NCBI GenBank assembly: GCA_020536535.1
Contig: JAHLWZ010000983.1
Span: forward strand, 1 to 33,408
Direction: 5' to 3'
Source of the DNA: Pelomyxa schiedti
Lineage: Eukaryota > Protista > Evosea
Length of the DNA: 33,408 nucleotides
The notes under the pieces were generated by a model. It was not told the DNA's origin. It made no database searches and saw only the letters and a list, made by a program, of their open reading frames with translations. Shown in pieces: positions 22,617-33,408 of this stretch. The stretch's first letter is position 1, and the number at the start of each line of letters is the position of its first letter. The position numbers were made by a program, and so were the translations under genes.

Positions 22617-24801
22617 ATGGGGAGATCTGTGAGTCCGTCGTCTGTTTGCGCGGTATTTATTTGCGCAGCTGCGTTTGTGTCAACGGCAGCTGTTACTCAC
22701 CAAGTTAATATTAAATCTGTGCCTCCATCTTCGTAAGTCCCTGTTTCCTTTTTTTCCGCCTCCTTATTTGTTGGAAGAGTCACTGTGTATCAAAATGGGG
22801 CCCAAGTCGAGCACACGGTCGTGGTTCCTCAAAGTGGTGCCGGGGAGTACGCGCTTCATATTTTGGACCTGCCTATCGATATGGTCTTGGATTCATTTCA
22901 TGCGCAATGCGTTGATAGGGAACATTGCACCATTTTTGAAGTAGGAATACTAGAGTGGGTGCATTTTCAACTCACTTTTCTTAAGATGTCGACTTCAGAA
23001 GATGGTGCAATCTTTGACACCCTTGACCAGACGGCTGTAATGTAGCCCCCCTGCGTCCCAACTTATCTCACTTAAATAGGAAAACTGCTCGAATTGCACA
23101 AATTGAAGTGGAAATGGCTCAACTTCGCAGTGACCGCGAGAGGCTAGAGGTAATACTTGCACGAAAGAATTTTCTTTGCTGAAGTACGAACAGTTTCTTC
23201 AAAGTTTTTTGGAAAAATCTGTTGCCTCCATACTGGAAACCTCTCTTGCGAATCACACCGACCCTAATGCCAACGTGACAACCACAGCAAGCAGTGTCAT
23301 TCACTGGGCAGAGCTACAACTTGCAGATTTGCATTCCCGGTTGTACACTATTTCCTCAAAGATACATTCGCTTCATGACGAATATTCGGACCTTCATCAC
23401 ACTCCGCGACGGGGACCGGCTGGGGTAGTTGTATTTGAGTCTTCTGGATCCCTGACAGAAGTAAGTCTCACTAGAGTCTCCTATCATAATAAGCGCACTT
23501 AAGGTTCCAATAATTATTACATATTTTGTTGTATCAGCAAGTTGGTCGCCTGCGTATGACATTCATGTATCAAGGTTCATTCCAAATTCCCCAATAAAAA
23601 AAACTGAAGTAGTCCACAAGTGGTTCAAAGGTGCTTTTTACCTATTATGCAACTATCATCAACGATTCTGGTGAGGATTGGGACCAAGTACATACCAAGT
23701 TTTTTCCTACACCATCTCTAAAAAGCACAGTCCTCGATTGTACTTTCTACGGCAAGCCCAGGAATTACGCATCCCCCGAATCCTCTACCCACATCGATGG
23801 TCTTCTTTGGTTCCGAGGCGCCGGACACCTCCATGTACTCCGGTTCAAGTATAGATTTGCAGCATTTAACTGTTGTTAACTACTTCTCACCAATAGAACG
23901 TTCTGCGCCCCAAAGACAAAATACACTCTTGTTGATAGATACAGATGAAATTGAGAATAACGAACCAGCACCCTTTTTTGCTGAGGATGCGGTCACTGGG
24001 GCTGTGTTCAAGCTCACTCGTCAAATCACAGTGAAGTCTTCAAAATATCCAGCCAAAGTAAAGTTCCTCACTACCTTTCTCTCTTCCAATCTCATTGTAG
24101 GTCATTATTGCTCGATTCCACCTGGACACAATATTGACATATTCTATCACCCCACGCAGTTCTTCCACAGCATACTTGAAAGCAATATCACTGAATTCAT
24201 CTCCCTTTATGCTTCTTGCTGGGCCGGCCCAAGTATTTGTGGATGGCGCATTTCTATCCCGAACTCAACTCAATGTTGCCTTTGACATGATACCTTTTCC
24301 TTTTTTTTTAATTCAGTGACAGATGACAGTAGCGCCAAATGAGGATTTCTCCCTTGTACTTGGCCCCGATCAGGAAATAAAAGTCACATACATAAAACCA
24401 CTTTTGACGAAAGGACAAAGTGGCGTCTTCCAGAAAACCACGATCGATACTTATAAAGGCACTATCACCTTGAAAAATCCTAAGAGTGTTGAGGTTTGAT
24501 GCATCATACCAGTTTCCCACCTATTTACACAAACTAGGTGAATGTTGTAGTCACAGAACAACTACCTCTTTCCTCAGATGAGAGGATCAAAGTTTCCCTT
24601 GTCTCTCCACCTGTACTAGAGGTATGTCTTTCTCGCCAACTATTGCAGTAAGTCACAATAACGCAGAGCGCCAACAACGTGACACTCAACTCTTCACACA
24701 ACCTGGAGTGGAAAGCGTTGATTCCGCCGCACCATTCCGCGCACCTCGAAATTTGTTATACTATAGAGTACCCCGCATCCACTAAGGTCTTCATCGCCTA
24801 G
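22617..24801 (+). CDS. DUF4140/DUF4139 (MuiA/F37C4.5-like) family protein with signal peptide; multi-exon
   Basis: VTVYQNGAQV; coiled-coil segment; ASWSPAYDIHV; NDSGEDW; PRSSSTAYLKA...LLAGPAQVFVDG; EQLPLSSDERIKV; LEW...YTIEYP; stop TAG at 24799-24801. Confidence 0.85.
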
Positions 24802-24869
24802 GAGAATGCATCCTCCCCAACACAGAACCGTTTTCTGAAATTATATAAAAAGCAAAAAAAAAAAAAATC

Positions 24870-25132
24870 TGTGACTTAAACTCTTGCCCTGTTTAGGGCA
24901 GAGGCAGTTACAATTAATAAATGATCATTCGACGATAGAAGCTATCTGTGGAGTGATCACCTTAGCTGAGACATGCCCTTTCGTTCACAGCCTGCTCACT
25001 GCCCTTGAACCTAGGTGTAAAGGGAAAGGCAGGTGAAGTCTCAGGGAGGGTGACCATTCTAAAAGAATCCAGGCAACGCCAGAGCACTCCCCTGGAAGGC
25101 TTGTAACTATTGAAAACTTAAGAAAAAATCGA
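24870..25132 (+). ncRNA. Candidate structured non-coding RNA (unassigned)
   Basis: Several helices, some with G.U pairs that favour the + strand. TATA-like TTATATAAAA about 25-30 nt upstream and a T-run downstream. No known RNA family recognised. Confidence 0.35.
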
Positions 25133-25353
25133 NNNNNNNNNNNNNNNNNNNNNNNNNNNNNNNNNNNNNNNNNNNNNNNNNNNNNNNNNNNNNNNNNNNN
25201 NNNNNNNNNNNNNNNNNNNNNNNNNNNNNNNNTAGGTGTAAAGGGAAAGGCAGGTGAAGTCTCAGGGAGGGTGACCATTCTAAAAGAATCCAGGCAACGC
25301 CAGAGCACTCCCCTGGAAGGCTTGTAACTATTGAAAACTTAAGAAAAAATCGA
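25012..25353. repeat. 121-bp exact direct duplication flanking a 100-N gap (25012-25132 = 25233-25353); likely unmerged contig overlap
   Basis: Identical sequence immediately either side of N run 25133-25232. Confidence 0.85.
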
Positions 25354-25396
25354 TTGTTTTTTTTTATTCACATTGCCTCTGTAATTGATTGGTTCA

Positions 25397-27792
25397 TCAA
25401 GTAGTTTCGGAGTGACGGAGCCTCTCTAGGTGGGTGTACTTGTCCTTGTCTTCTAGTATGCCCCAGCCTATGGAATAGCACTTGCTCAGCAATGCCTGTG
25501 AGGGCCCAAATCCCAGAATGAGTGCGGATTTGTGTAGCAGCATCATGGCTCGGTCCCAATCATAGGCCACTGCGAACCTCGTGTGCCCCGCTCTGTACCC
25601 GCCGTCGAGCAGAATTTCCCCGAGCTGGTACATTGCCGGTGCATAGTCCCGATCGCAGGCGAATGACAGCAGGTCCACGGGGTTGTCTCTGGCTGCAACT
25701 TCTCGGCTTGCGTGTGATTCTCCCGCAAATATTAGCTGCGCGAGCTTGAAGGCGGACCGGGGGTCTCCGCCGGACTTGGCTTGTCTCCAATATGAAATGG
25801 CAGCACTGGTGTTCTCTCTTTGATTCTCTAGTACGCCGAGGTGGTAGTTTGCTCCCGCTGATTCCACGTTTGCATTCTCTGAGATGATCTGTTTTAGTAA
25901 GCTCACAGCGGATACTGCAACAGGGGAGTCAGCCATGTCGTGCCTTAGGATTTTACATTCACACATCATTAGCGCCAGGCTGAGCCTATGTGCCTGCCGG
26001 TTCTCCCGCATAAATTCAATGTAGGATTCAATCGCCACCATTGCTGTAAGTCTTGGAGTCTCCGAAATCAGAGTGCCAATCCTTTCAGGTGGATACCACT
26101 CAGGAGCTCCCAGTTTCCTCCATAACTCCTCATCAAGCGTGTCAGGCTTATAGCACACAAGGCGTTCCTTAAGTAAGCACGCCAGGAGTAGCTGTGACAG
26201 GGTCAATTCACTTTCAAGGTCAAGTTTTTCTGCAAGCCAGGTGGCGCAATCACCAAAGGTTGAGTTTGAAATTTTCCCATTGAAGCTTTGCAATCGAATT
26301 CGTACTTTCTCTTTTTCTATTCTAAGCTCTCTCCTTTGTTGTTGTGAGATTGCGTCACTTGACTGCTGTTGGGCGCCGAGGGCATTTGTGGAAACTCCAT
26401 CATTCAATAGCTTCTTCAAAACTTCCACGACTCCACCAACACATTCCGTGCTGCTGTTGGGAGTTCTGACTTCTGTTTCTTCAAGCATCTCCACAGGGGT
26501 GACTTCAGAGGTGTCAGTTGCATGTCGTCGCCGTCGCTGCTTCCGTTTTGCTAGACACTGAAGTATGTGTCGAATTCCAGCTGATGTGTGAGTAGTTGTT
26601 GGCATAGTGTATATGGCTTTGGGAACTTCTAAATGTTCTTCAGTGCTCTTTTGAAAACACAAAATCGTAGGACAAAAGTTTTTTGCTCTCAAGAAGTTCA
26701 ATAGTTCTATCCAATTTTCTTTCTGTGGAGCATGAGTACACACTTTTTTTAAGTTTTTAGAATTACTGTAATTGGTTCGAATGCACCATAAACTGTCCAA
26801 GGCCCAGTTGTAGCTTTCCCACATGCTATTGAATAATTCTTATCATTGTCCATTGCTACAAGTGTCGTACAGGAGTATATGAGAGTTTCTTTACACAGAA
26901 ATACAGTTGCCAGGTCCATTTTGTTTCCAACAAGTTTCAGCACATCTACCAAGACAACATTAATGACAACTAGGAGCAGAAGGAATGAGTACCATATTGT
27001 AGGGTCAGATCTTCCAAATCCCATAAGGGGGCCAGTACAAAGGCTTCAATGGGGGTTTCAGCACTCAAAGTTCGCTGAAATTTATTCCTTCTGAAACACT
27101 GTGAACAATTGTCATAAGAAAGATCTGAAGATGTTGGTCTTACCTTACGGCAGGTTGTATACTGCCCTTGCTCAAAAAACACATTTTTCAGAAGGGTGGA
27201 AAAAGTCCTATCTGGAAAATCTCTTTGCAATTCCCTAATGACACAAAAGTGAGATGGTTTTGATCTCATATAAGTAACCCATACAATATTTGGGATGCAG
27301 AAAAAGAGCACACTGGTTCAGTGATGGGGACGGTCTCAGTATTCCCACAGGAGCAGGACGCTCGATCTACAATAGGAGATGTGAAGACATCAGAGAGATG
27401 ACTCCCATATAGTGTTTGCACCTCCAAAATAATATCTCTCTGCAAAGTGTTTACCAGAAGGAAAAAATCAGCGTTACAAGTGGAAAGGGAAAGCGGGTCC
27501 AACGTACTAAAATATCCACTGCTGTCTACCTCTCAGTGTTAACCTTTAGGCCCATGTGACAATTGGGAAACATGCCTTAGGCGCAGAGCCAAACTTTATT
27601 TGCAGAGCTTCTTCAAGTATTTCCACAGAAGGAACAGGAGGATGTCTATGCCTGGCATACTCACCAATGTGCAAAAACAGGTCCTGGAGAAAAAAAAAAA
27701 AAAAAAAAAAAAAAGGAACACAATCAACAACAGAAACCCAAACCACTACACACTACCTACAAAATCCACGCCAATCACACTCACAATCACAT

Positions 27793-27851
<59 letters not shown>

Positions 27852-28277
27852 ACACTGCTACTGCTTACTACAAGTACGCACCTTGAGAGCATCAGCCACA
27901 TCGGGCGTGTTGTCTCTCGCAGCACCGCCTTCTAGGTCGCCGTCGCCGTCGCCGTCGCCAACGCCATCGTTGCTATTCGCCCTGGGGCTCCCAACCACGC
28001 CAGACACGAAGCCCCCGACGCACGCCATCACGCCCACCGCAGCCCACGTCGCGTTGGCCCCGCCCCCGTCTCCTGAGGAGCCACGCGAGGCCGCGGTCGT
28101 CGACGACGACGACGACGACGACGACGTGGTGGCATTGCTGCCGTGATCGTGGGGGATGGGGTTGTTGGAATTGTGGGAGCACGACAACCATGGGCACGAC
28201 AGCCATATGGACAAGAACTCCTCACTGCCTACAACCTCCGAGGACAGCTGAGACGGCACAACAGCCCCACAGGCCAT
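25397..28277 (-). CDS. Degenerate USP (USP53/54-like) peptidase-fold domain fused to C-terminal SEL1-like repeats; multi-exon
   Basis: C-terminal SEL1-like repeats: ANYHLG, AFKLAQ, AMYQLG...WDRAMMLLHKSA, SQALLSKCYSIGWG. N-terminal exons show ALKDLF...EEAL, CSC and C..C finger cysteines, AFVLAPLW and KNYS...WTVY...NWIELL...PTILCFQ. The USP assignment and the start are less certain than the SEL1 call. Confidence 0.6.
27793..27846. repeat. (CAACAG)9 microsatellite within an intron of the minus-strand gene
   Basis: Nine hexamer copies read directly from the sequence. Confidence 0.9.
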
Positions 28278-29093
28278 TAATGAAATGAAACAAACAACCA
28301 CCAAGATCAAAAATGTTCTTTTATCAAGTGATTTTCAATGGTGTCTCTTCATCTCAAAACATGAAGGAGAACTAGACAAAGGGGACACCGTTGTTGTTCT
28401 GCCTACATAACATTAACAAGCCATTGTAATCCAAAAAGAACTACTCCAACCCCAAAAACAGCACCAAGGGAGTTACTTATTTTCTTTTGTTTCTCGTGGT
28501 CCTCTATGATGATGCTGTTATTACTGCTGGTATGCGCGCCGTTGCGTGATCGTGGGGGGAAAACAACAACCACAAAGGAACTCCGCCAACAACGTCCTAG
28601 GACACATGCGACAACACCACAACCCCACAGCCCACTATACAAACACCCGCATAACACTACACATACCAAGATCTAATTATGTTCCTTTTTATTTTTTTCC
28701 CCCTTTGTTTCGCTTACAAACAAAAAAGGCGACCCATAATTGCAGTTTTGGGAAAGTCTCGGGGTATAAAAGGACTGAGAAAAGTATAATCAGCGGAGAA
28801 GGGAATGAAGAAAAACCCAAAATAACAGATTACCCCAAACTAACCAAGGACCTCAAAATAACCACGGCGTGTGGCTCGCGTCCAGGAAACGCAGCAGGGA
28901 ACCCCCTCGGGAAACGCCGCAGGCTCAGGTCGAGCCAGTGGCCGCTTCTGGGGGGCGGGACCAGCGTGCCGCTCCTGGCCTGGGCGTGACGTCTCGTGGG
29001 TACCTGTGCTCTTTGGTTCCTGTTCCATTCCTTTCTTTTTTCTATTTTTTTTTTTTCCTCACCAAGCATACGAGCGTGGTGTGAGTGGGGGTC

Positions 29094-31070
29094 ATGATGC
29101 GTCCCGTTTTGTTTCGCGCACCATCATGGGGCGAGCGGCAGGGGCATTATGCGCGGGTGGAGCTGGCATGCAGTTTCGACAACTGGGAACGACGAGTGAT
29201 GCGCCACCGGTGGTTCACCGACCCAACTCCGTCGCTCCAATTGTCACTGCCTCCTGGCAAACACCAATACATGTTCTTTCTGGACGGCAATCCTCGCTGT
29301 GATTGTGTGTGAGTCCCTTCTTTTTATTTTTTTTATTGAGGTCATTTCACTGACATGCTCTACAACACACCACACAACAGCTTCCAGACAATTGGTGAAT
29401 TCATGGAATGGGGAATACAGAAATGTTGTTGATGTGCCTGATGATGGTGGTGTCGACCCTGTCATTTGTGGGCAACTGGCAGATACACGCGGGAACCCAG
29501 TGACGGACTGGATGGAAGCCTGGGCTGACGAATCCCACCTCCCTGCTGTTGTTGCCGACATTGGGGCAGCCCGGTCCCGAATGGGATACAGCTGCGACGT
29601 GGTGCCACCATTTGACTTTCTGTCAATCAAGTCACAACCACACCACCAAGGGTGCTCGTCTGAGCAACGAGAATACTGGGGCAAGAACGTTGGCATCGCC
29701 AACTTTTTAGTTGATTACGACGGAGTCATGAATACAGAATATGTTTTGGAGGCAAGTGGGAGGGTAAGGTGCATGTGACTAAAAAAAACAACACCAAAAA
29801 AAGATGGTCAAGCATGGTGTCAAATTCCTTGGTGCAGAGAATTCACCAATCATCTTCGCTGAACCTTCTACACCGGAGCTGGAGAAATCAGAACGTGAAG
29901 GATTGGTTCAGCAGATACTAGATTCGGACATTATACCTGCTGCAGTGTTAATGGTGCCCTCAGAACTGTTGGCACTGTATTCAACCGGGAGAACTTCTGG
30001 CCTTGTTGTGGACTGTGGAGAACATTACACAAGGGTGACACCCATTTCCGAAGGTATGTGATTGATTCAATGCTTGTATTATTCAGTTGGACACACTCCA
30101 TTTATATCTTCCATTTAAAAGCAACAAAGGTCAAGTGCTTAAAACAAGTTGCAGGAGTATACACCTGGGGGGCAGGAATATATCTCGACACCTGGGAAAA
30201 AACTTATCATCCACGGGGCAGAGCTTTTCCACGGAATCAATAGATTACATCAAGCACAATCTGACTTATGTTGCTCAAAACTTTGAAACTGAGGTGCAGG
30301 TATACCACTCAATGCCGTAGTGGGACTCTGGGTATTTGTTGTTGTTCACAGTTTTTACAAAGTAGAAGCGGACAACAACTTATTCACTTCCTGATGGGCA
30401 AACAGTGGACCTTGGTCCTGATTTGATACGGTTCCACATCCTCAAACAGCGCCGACACCCAATTTGCTGATGCCAACACAGAACTCCGGAACCTATGTTC
30501 ACACCATCTTTGATTGAGAGGGATGGTTTATGGAGTCCCCCACAGGAATGTGTTCCTGGCTCATGCCACAGTTCAATTCTCAGCTGCATCCCTGATCTCC
30601 AAGAAGTGATGAGCCAAAACATTGGTATCTTTTGAACTCGTGGCACGTGCACGCAACTCTCACACTGCACTCCTACTTTAACTCCCTTTTCCTTTTCTTC
30701 AATAAAGTTCTTGCTGGTGGAAATTCGATGTTTCCGGGATTTGCCAAGAGACTCACAAGAGAAATGACCAAACTCGGCACCAACGTTTGTTTCTTTTTCT
30801 CCCTATCAAGTGAAGACCCAAAACCCACAACTCAAAGGTGAAGATAACAGCACGCCCGAACCGGGCTTTTTCCACATGGATAGGTTCATTCTTTTCTTCT
30901 ATCACAGAGACATAAAAACTGACAAGCTTAATTTAACGATGCCATACACAGGTGGATGTGCTGTTGCATCGTTGAGTACTTTTGCTCAGAGGTGTTTCAC
31001 CAGTGCGTTTGCATCCCGGTTTATTAATCAGTTGGTGTACCCTGTGACTGAACAGAACCCAAATGAGTGA
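29094..31070 (+). CDS. Divergent actin-related protein with N-terminal CBM48 (AMPK-beta-type glycogen-binding) domain; multi-exon
   Basis: N-terminus VELACSFDNWE...LSLPPGKHQYMFFLDG...NGEYRNVVDV. Actin fold follows: VVADIGAARSRMGY, IIFAEP, LALYSTGRTSGLVVDCGEHYTRVTPI, HLGGRNIS, YSLPDGQTV, PEPMFTPS, VLAGGNSMFPGFAKRL, STWIGGCAVASLSTF. The stop is at 31066 or 31070 depending on the last intron. Confidence 0.85.
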
Positions 31071-32798
31071 AATGAAAAAGAAATTTGTGTAAAACAGAAA
31101 CGATTTTTTTGTTTGAAGAGATTAGAGAATAATATTCCAATGAGGATTGTATCACCGGGGTGTGGTTGTTGTCTCGTGCGGTAGTAGTTTGTGTTTGTGG
31201 CATTCCTGTTCCAGAACTGCACTTGTGATTGTAACAGTGAATCTGCATTATTGTGGTTCATGCAGTGTTATAGGTAATCAAGTCAACCCCCTTCTTTTCT
31301 GGTTTCTTCCCTCTCAAACAACTGTAGAGAGTAAGTAAGACAGAATTCTTTCCCAAAAAAACCTTTTGTGTACCACGCACATAAAACTGCATTGTGATTG
31401 CTAGTGTCCGACCATAAGCACATCCCAGGAACATGCATGCGTGATGAACTTCGGTGAGTTTGATTGACGGCCTTCACCACAAGAATTCAGTCAAGTATAA
31501 ATAAATATACCCGTATGTGACACCTGAGGAGTACTCTAAAAGTCAAGAAAAGAAAGATATCGCAGTTCCTGTTATTTACTCGTGTGAGGAGGATAGCGGC
31601 GCATGTTCCGTGGCCCCAATTCTACTTACGGGTTGAGTGGGGAAGAAGAAAGGAAAAATTGCAACCGTAACTTGAGGCACTAGTCATGATGTCAGTGATA
31701 GGGGTATTCTAGAAGGTGGTGACACCTGCTAGTTTGGATACAAAAAAAAAAAAAAAAATCAAATCAAATGACCACTCACAACAACCGGGCGGGTAATTCA
31801 CACGATTATGGCTGTGTTCTCCCCTTTCGAATACAATCATCAAATGACCACTCACAACAACGCCGCTTGAATCCCCACTGCGACGCCAAATTGTCAGCAA
31901 CACAAATCAAAACAAACCACTTCTTGCACCACACGATTATGGTGTGTCGAAATATCACGGCCGCGCGGTATGCCGCACACAACACAAAAAAAAGGCCTCA
32001 TCACCTACCAATTGATGGGCAGAGGCCCATTTCCTTTAAAAAGAAAAAAACAACCCGGCCCATAAGGCCGTTTTTGGGGAAATCTAGGCTTCTCTCCGGA
32101 GCGGGACAAGGGTGTAAAAATTGTGCGAGCGAGGTTGGAAATAAACAAAGGGATGACAACGAGAACCCCAAAGCTGCAGGGCCAGAACCTCCTCGGGCTG
32201 TTGACAATCTGGAACCGAGGGCGATTGCCGCCGGTGGGAACATGGGCAACAAACACGAATGCTAGCCTCTTCGTGCCGTTGCTTTCAGACCCATGTCGGT
32301 AGCCTGGCCCCCCGGGCGACGAAAAGCTTCACCCCGAAGGGCTCGAGACCCAACACGCACGTGGTCCTTTCCGGGAAACGCCCCTGGGAAAGGCCTTCGG
32401 AGTTTGTCCGCAGGATCTTGTCGCTCCTGCGGATTCTGAAGGCTGGAACCTGGGGCCGCTTCTGGTCTGGACGTGGTGCCTGGTGGCGATGGGCTTACCG
32501 GTGCTCCCTGGAATGATCTCCGGCCTCGTTCACACTTGTTGTGTTTTTTTCTTTTTTTGGTTTATTATTGCTTGGTATTTGTGGAGGTGATGTTGTTCCC
32601 TTCGTGTTGAGAGAGGCGCCATTGCTGCCACTGTAGTTGGACTCCTAATGAACCGAAACCAAAATCAGTTGGTGGGACCAAATCGTTTGTACTTTGAAGT
32701 ACAAATCTCGGTTTTGAGTACTCACGCGAAATTTCGTTGGCACCTTTGTGTTTTGATTTGGCAACTTTATTGGAACGAGCTGTCATTTCGTGTAATCG

Positions 32799-33408
32799 AT
32801 GCGGTGGCTGTTGTGTGCTGTGGCGTGTGTCGTGTTCCTGGCGTCAATAGTGGGCAGTACCACCACACATACGTTGCATGATGACAATGACAGCCAGATC
32901 TACGCTGCAGTTACAGCTGTTTCAGATCTCATAGACCGCGTGATGTCGCGCGCGTCAACCGATTCCTCGTGTGGAGCGCCGCCTGTTTTCTCACTGTCAA
33001 TCGTTGAGGCAGATTCAGACGATATCGGCGACGCCTTTACGATGTGGAGCAGCGAAGACGGCACCACAGTGTATCTCGAGGCCACCTCGGGTGTCGCTTT
33101 GGCGTCTGGGTTCCATTGGTATCTAAAGCACAGCTGCAATTGCTCAGTTTCTTGGTACATACAATTACCTTTTCTGTTAAAAGTGGTAACTAGTGAAAAG
33201 CTGTGTGATAGTAGTTGATTTTACTTGTTGTTACCTCCGTTCACCTACTCTAGGCTGGGTGATCAACTGTGCCTTCCCCTGCAGAGCACTTATGTAGCAC
33301 GACAAACAGTACAAAGCCCCTATCAGTATGGCTATTATATGAACACTTGCACTCTGGGGTATTCCACTGTTTGGTGGGTATGACCTATCCCCTTGTTGCA
33401 CCACCAAC
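32799..33408 (+). CDS. NAGLU: Alpha-N-acetylglucosaminidase (GH89), 5' partial, runs off the window
   Basis: Signal peptide; LIDRV; ATSGVALASGFHWYLKHSCNCSVSW|LGDQL; YYMNTCTLGYSTVWW, all matching the GH89 N-terminus. Confidence 0.9.

Noticed and set aside
24870-24960. U3 snoRNA, SECIS or telomerase-template interpretation
   Set aside because: No U3 boxes B/C. The AUGA pairs by Watson-Crick rather than a G.A quartet. The single TTTAGGG lies inside a hairpin, and there is no template-sense repeat on the favoured strand.
25010-25100. Cobalamin riboswitch, SRP RNA or RNase P/MRP identity for the structured element (AGGGAA..GGTGAAGTC..GCCAGAG)
   Set aside because: Only partial resemblance. Required elements (B12 CnGCnACUG core, SRP helix 8 GNRA stem, CR-I/CR-V spacing) are absent.
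25012-25353. 121-bp direct repeat as LTR or mobile-element ends
   Set aside because: The copies are identical and abut a 100-N gap, typical of an unmerged contig overlap; no element features are present.
27556-28146. Plus-strand poly-K/poly-Q ORF (196 aa)
   Set aside because: Antisense read of an intronic poly-T tract and microsatellite of the minus-strand gene.
31763-31947. CRISPR-like repeat-spacer array
   Set aside because: Only two copies of each unit, irregular spacing, eukaryotic context and no cas genes.
31100-32520. Short ORFs on both strands (e.g. 31768-32265, 31283-31480)
   Set aside because: No recognisable motifs and no consistent exon chain could be assembled.

Overview
Gene-dense, intron-rich eukaryotic DNA with short (~40-90 nt) spliceosomal introns and three 100-N scaffold gaps. 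The actin sequence ([16 protein letters not shown]..., [11 protein letters not shown]) points to an amoebozoan, probably an archamoeba such as Pelomyxa (inference). I can reconstruct 14 protein-coding genes by manual splicing: actin; a hypothetical S/T/P-rich protein; a Trl1-like RNA ligase-kinase-cyclic phosphodiesterase; a DUSP-fold pseudophosphatase; an FHA-domain Ser/Thr kinase; a GH3 beta-xylosidase; a hypothetical membrane protein; a PQ-loop protein; a stand-alone A-PCP-TE NRPS-like enzyme; a flavoredoxin-like protein; a DUF4140/DUF4139 protein; a USP-like/SEL1 protein; a CBM48-fused actin-related protein; and a partial GH89 NAGLU. The most interesting items are: (1) the bacterial-style, almost intronless NRPS-like gene with a Cys-nucleophile thioesterase, flanked by the PQ-loop and flavin-reductase-like genes (possible protist mini biosynthetic cluster); (2) the glycogen-binding CBM48-Arp fusion; (3) the fungal/plant-type Trl1 RNA repair enzyme; (4) a strongly self-complementary ~260 nt intergenic segment (candidate ncRNA). 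All family calls come from motif recognition by eye, and splice sites are manual estimates.
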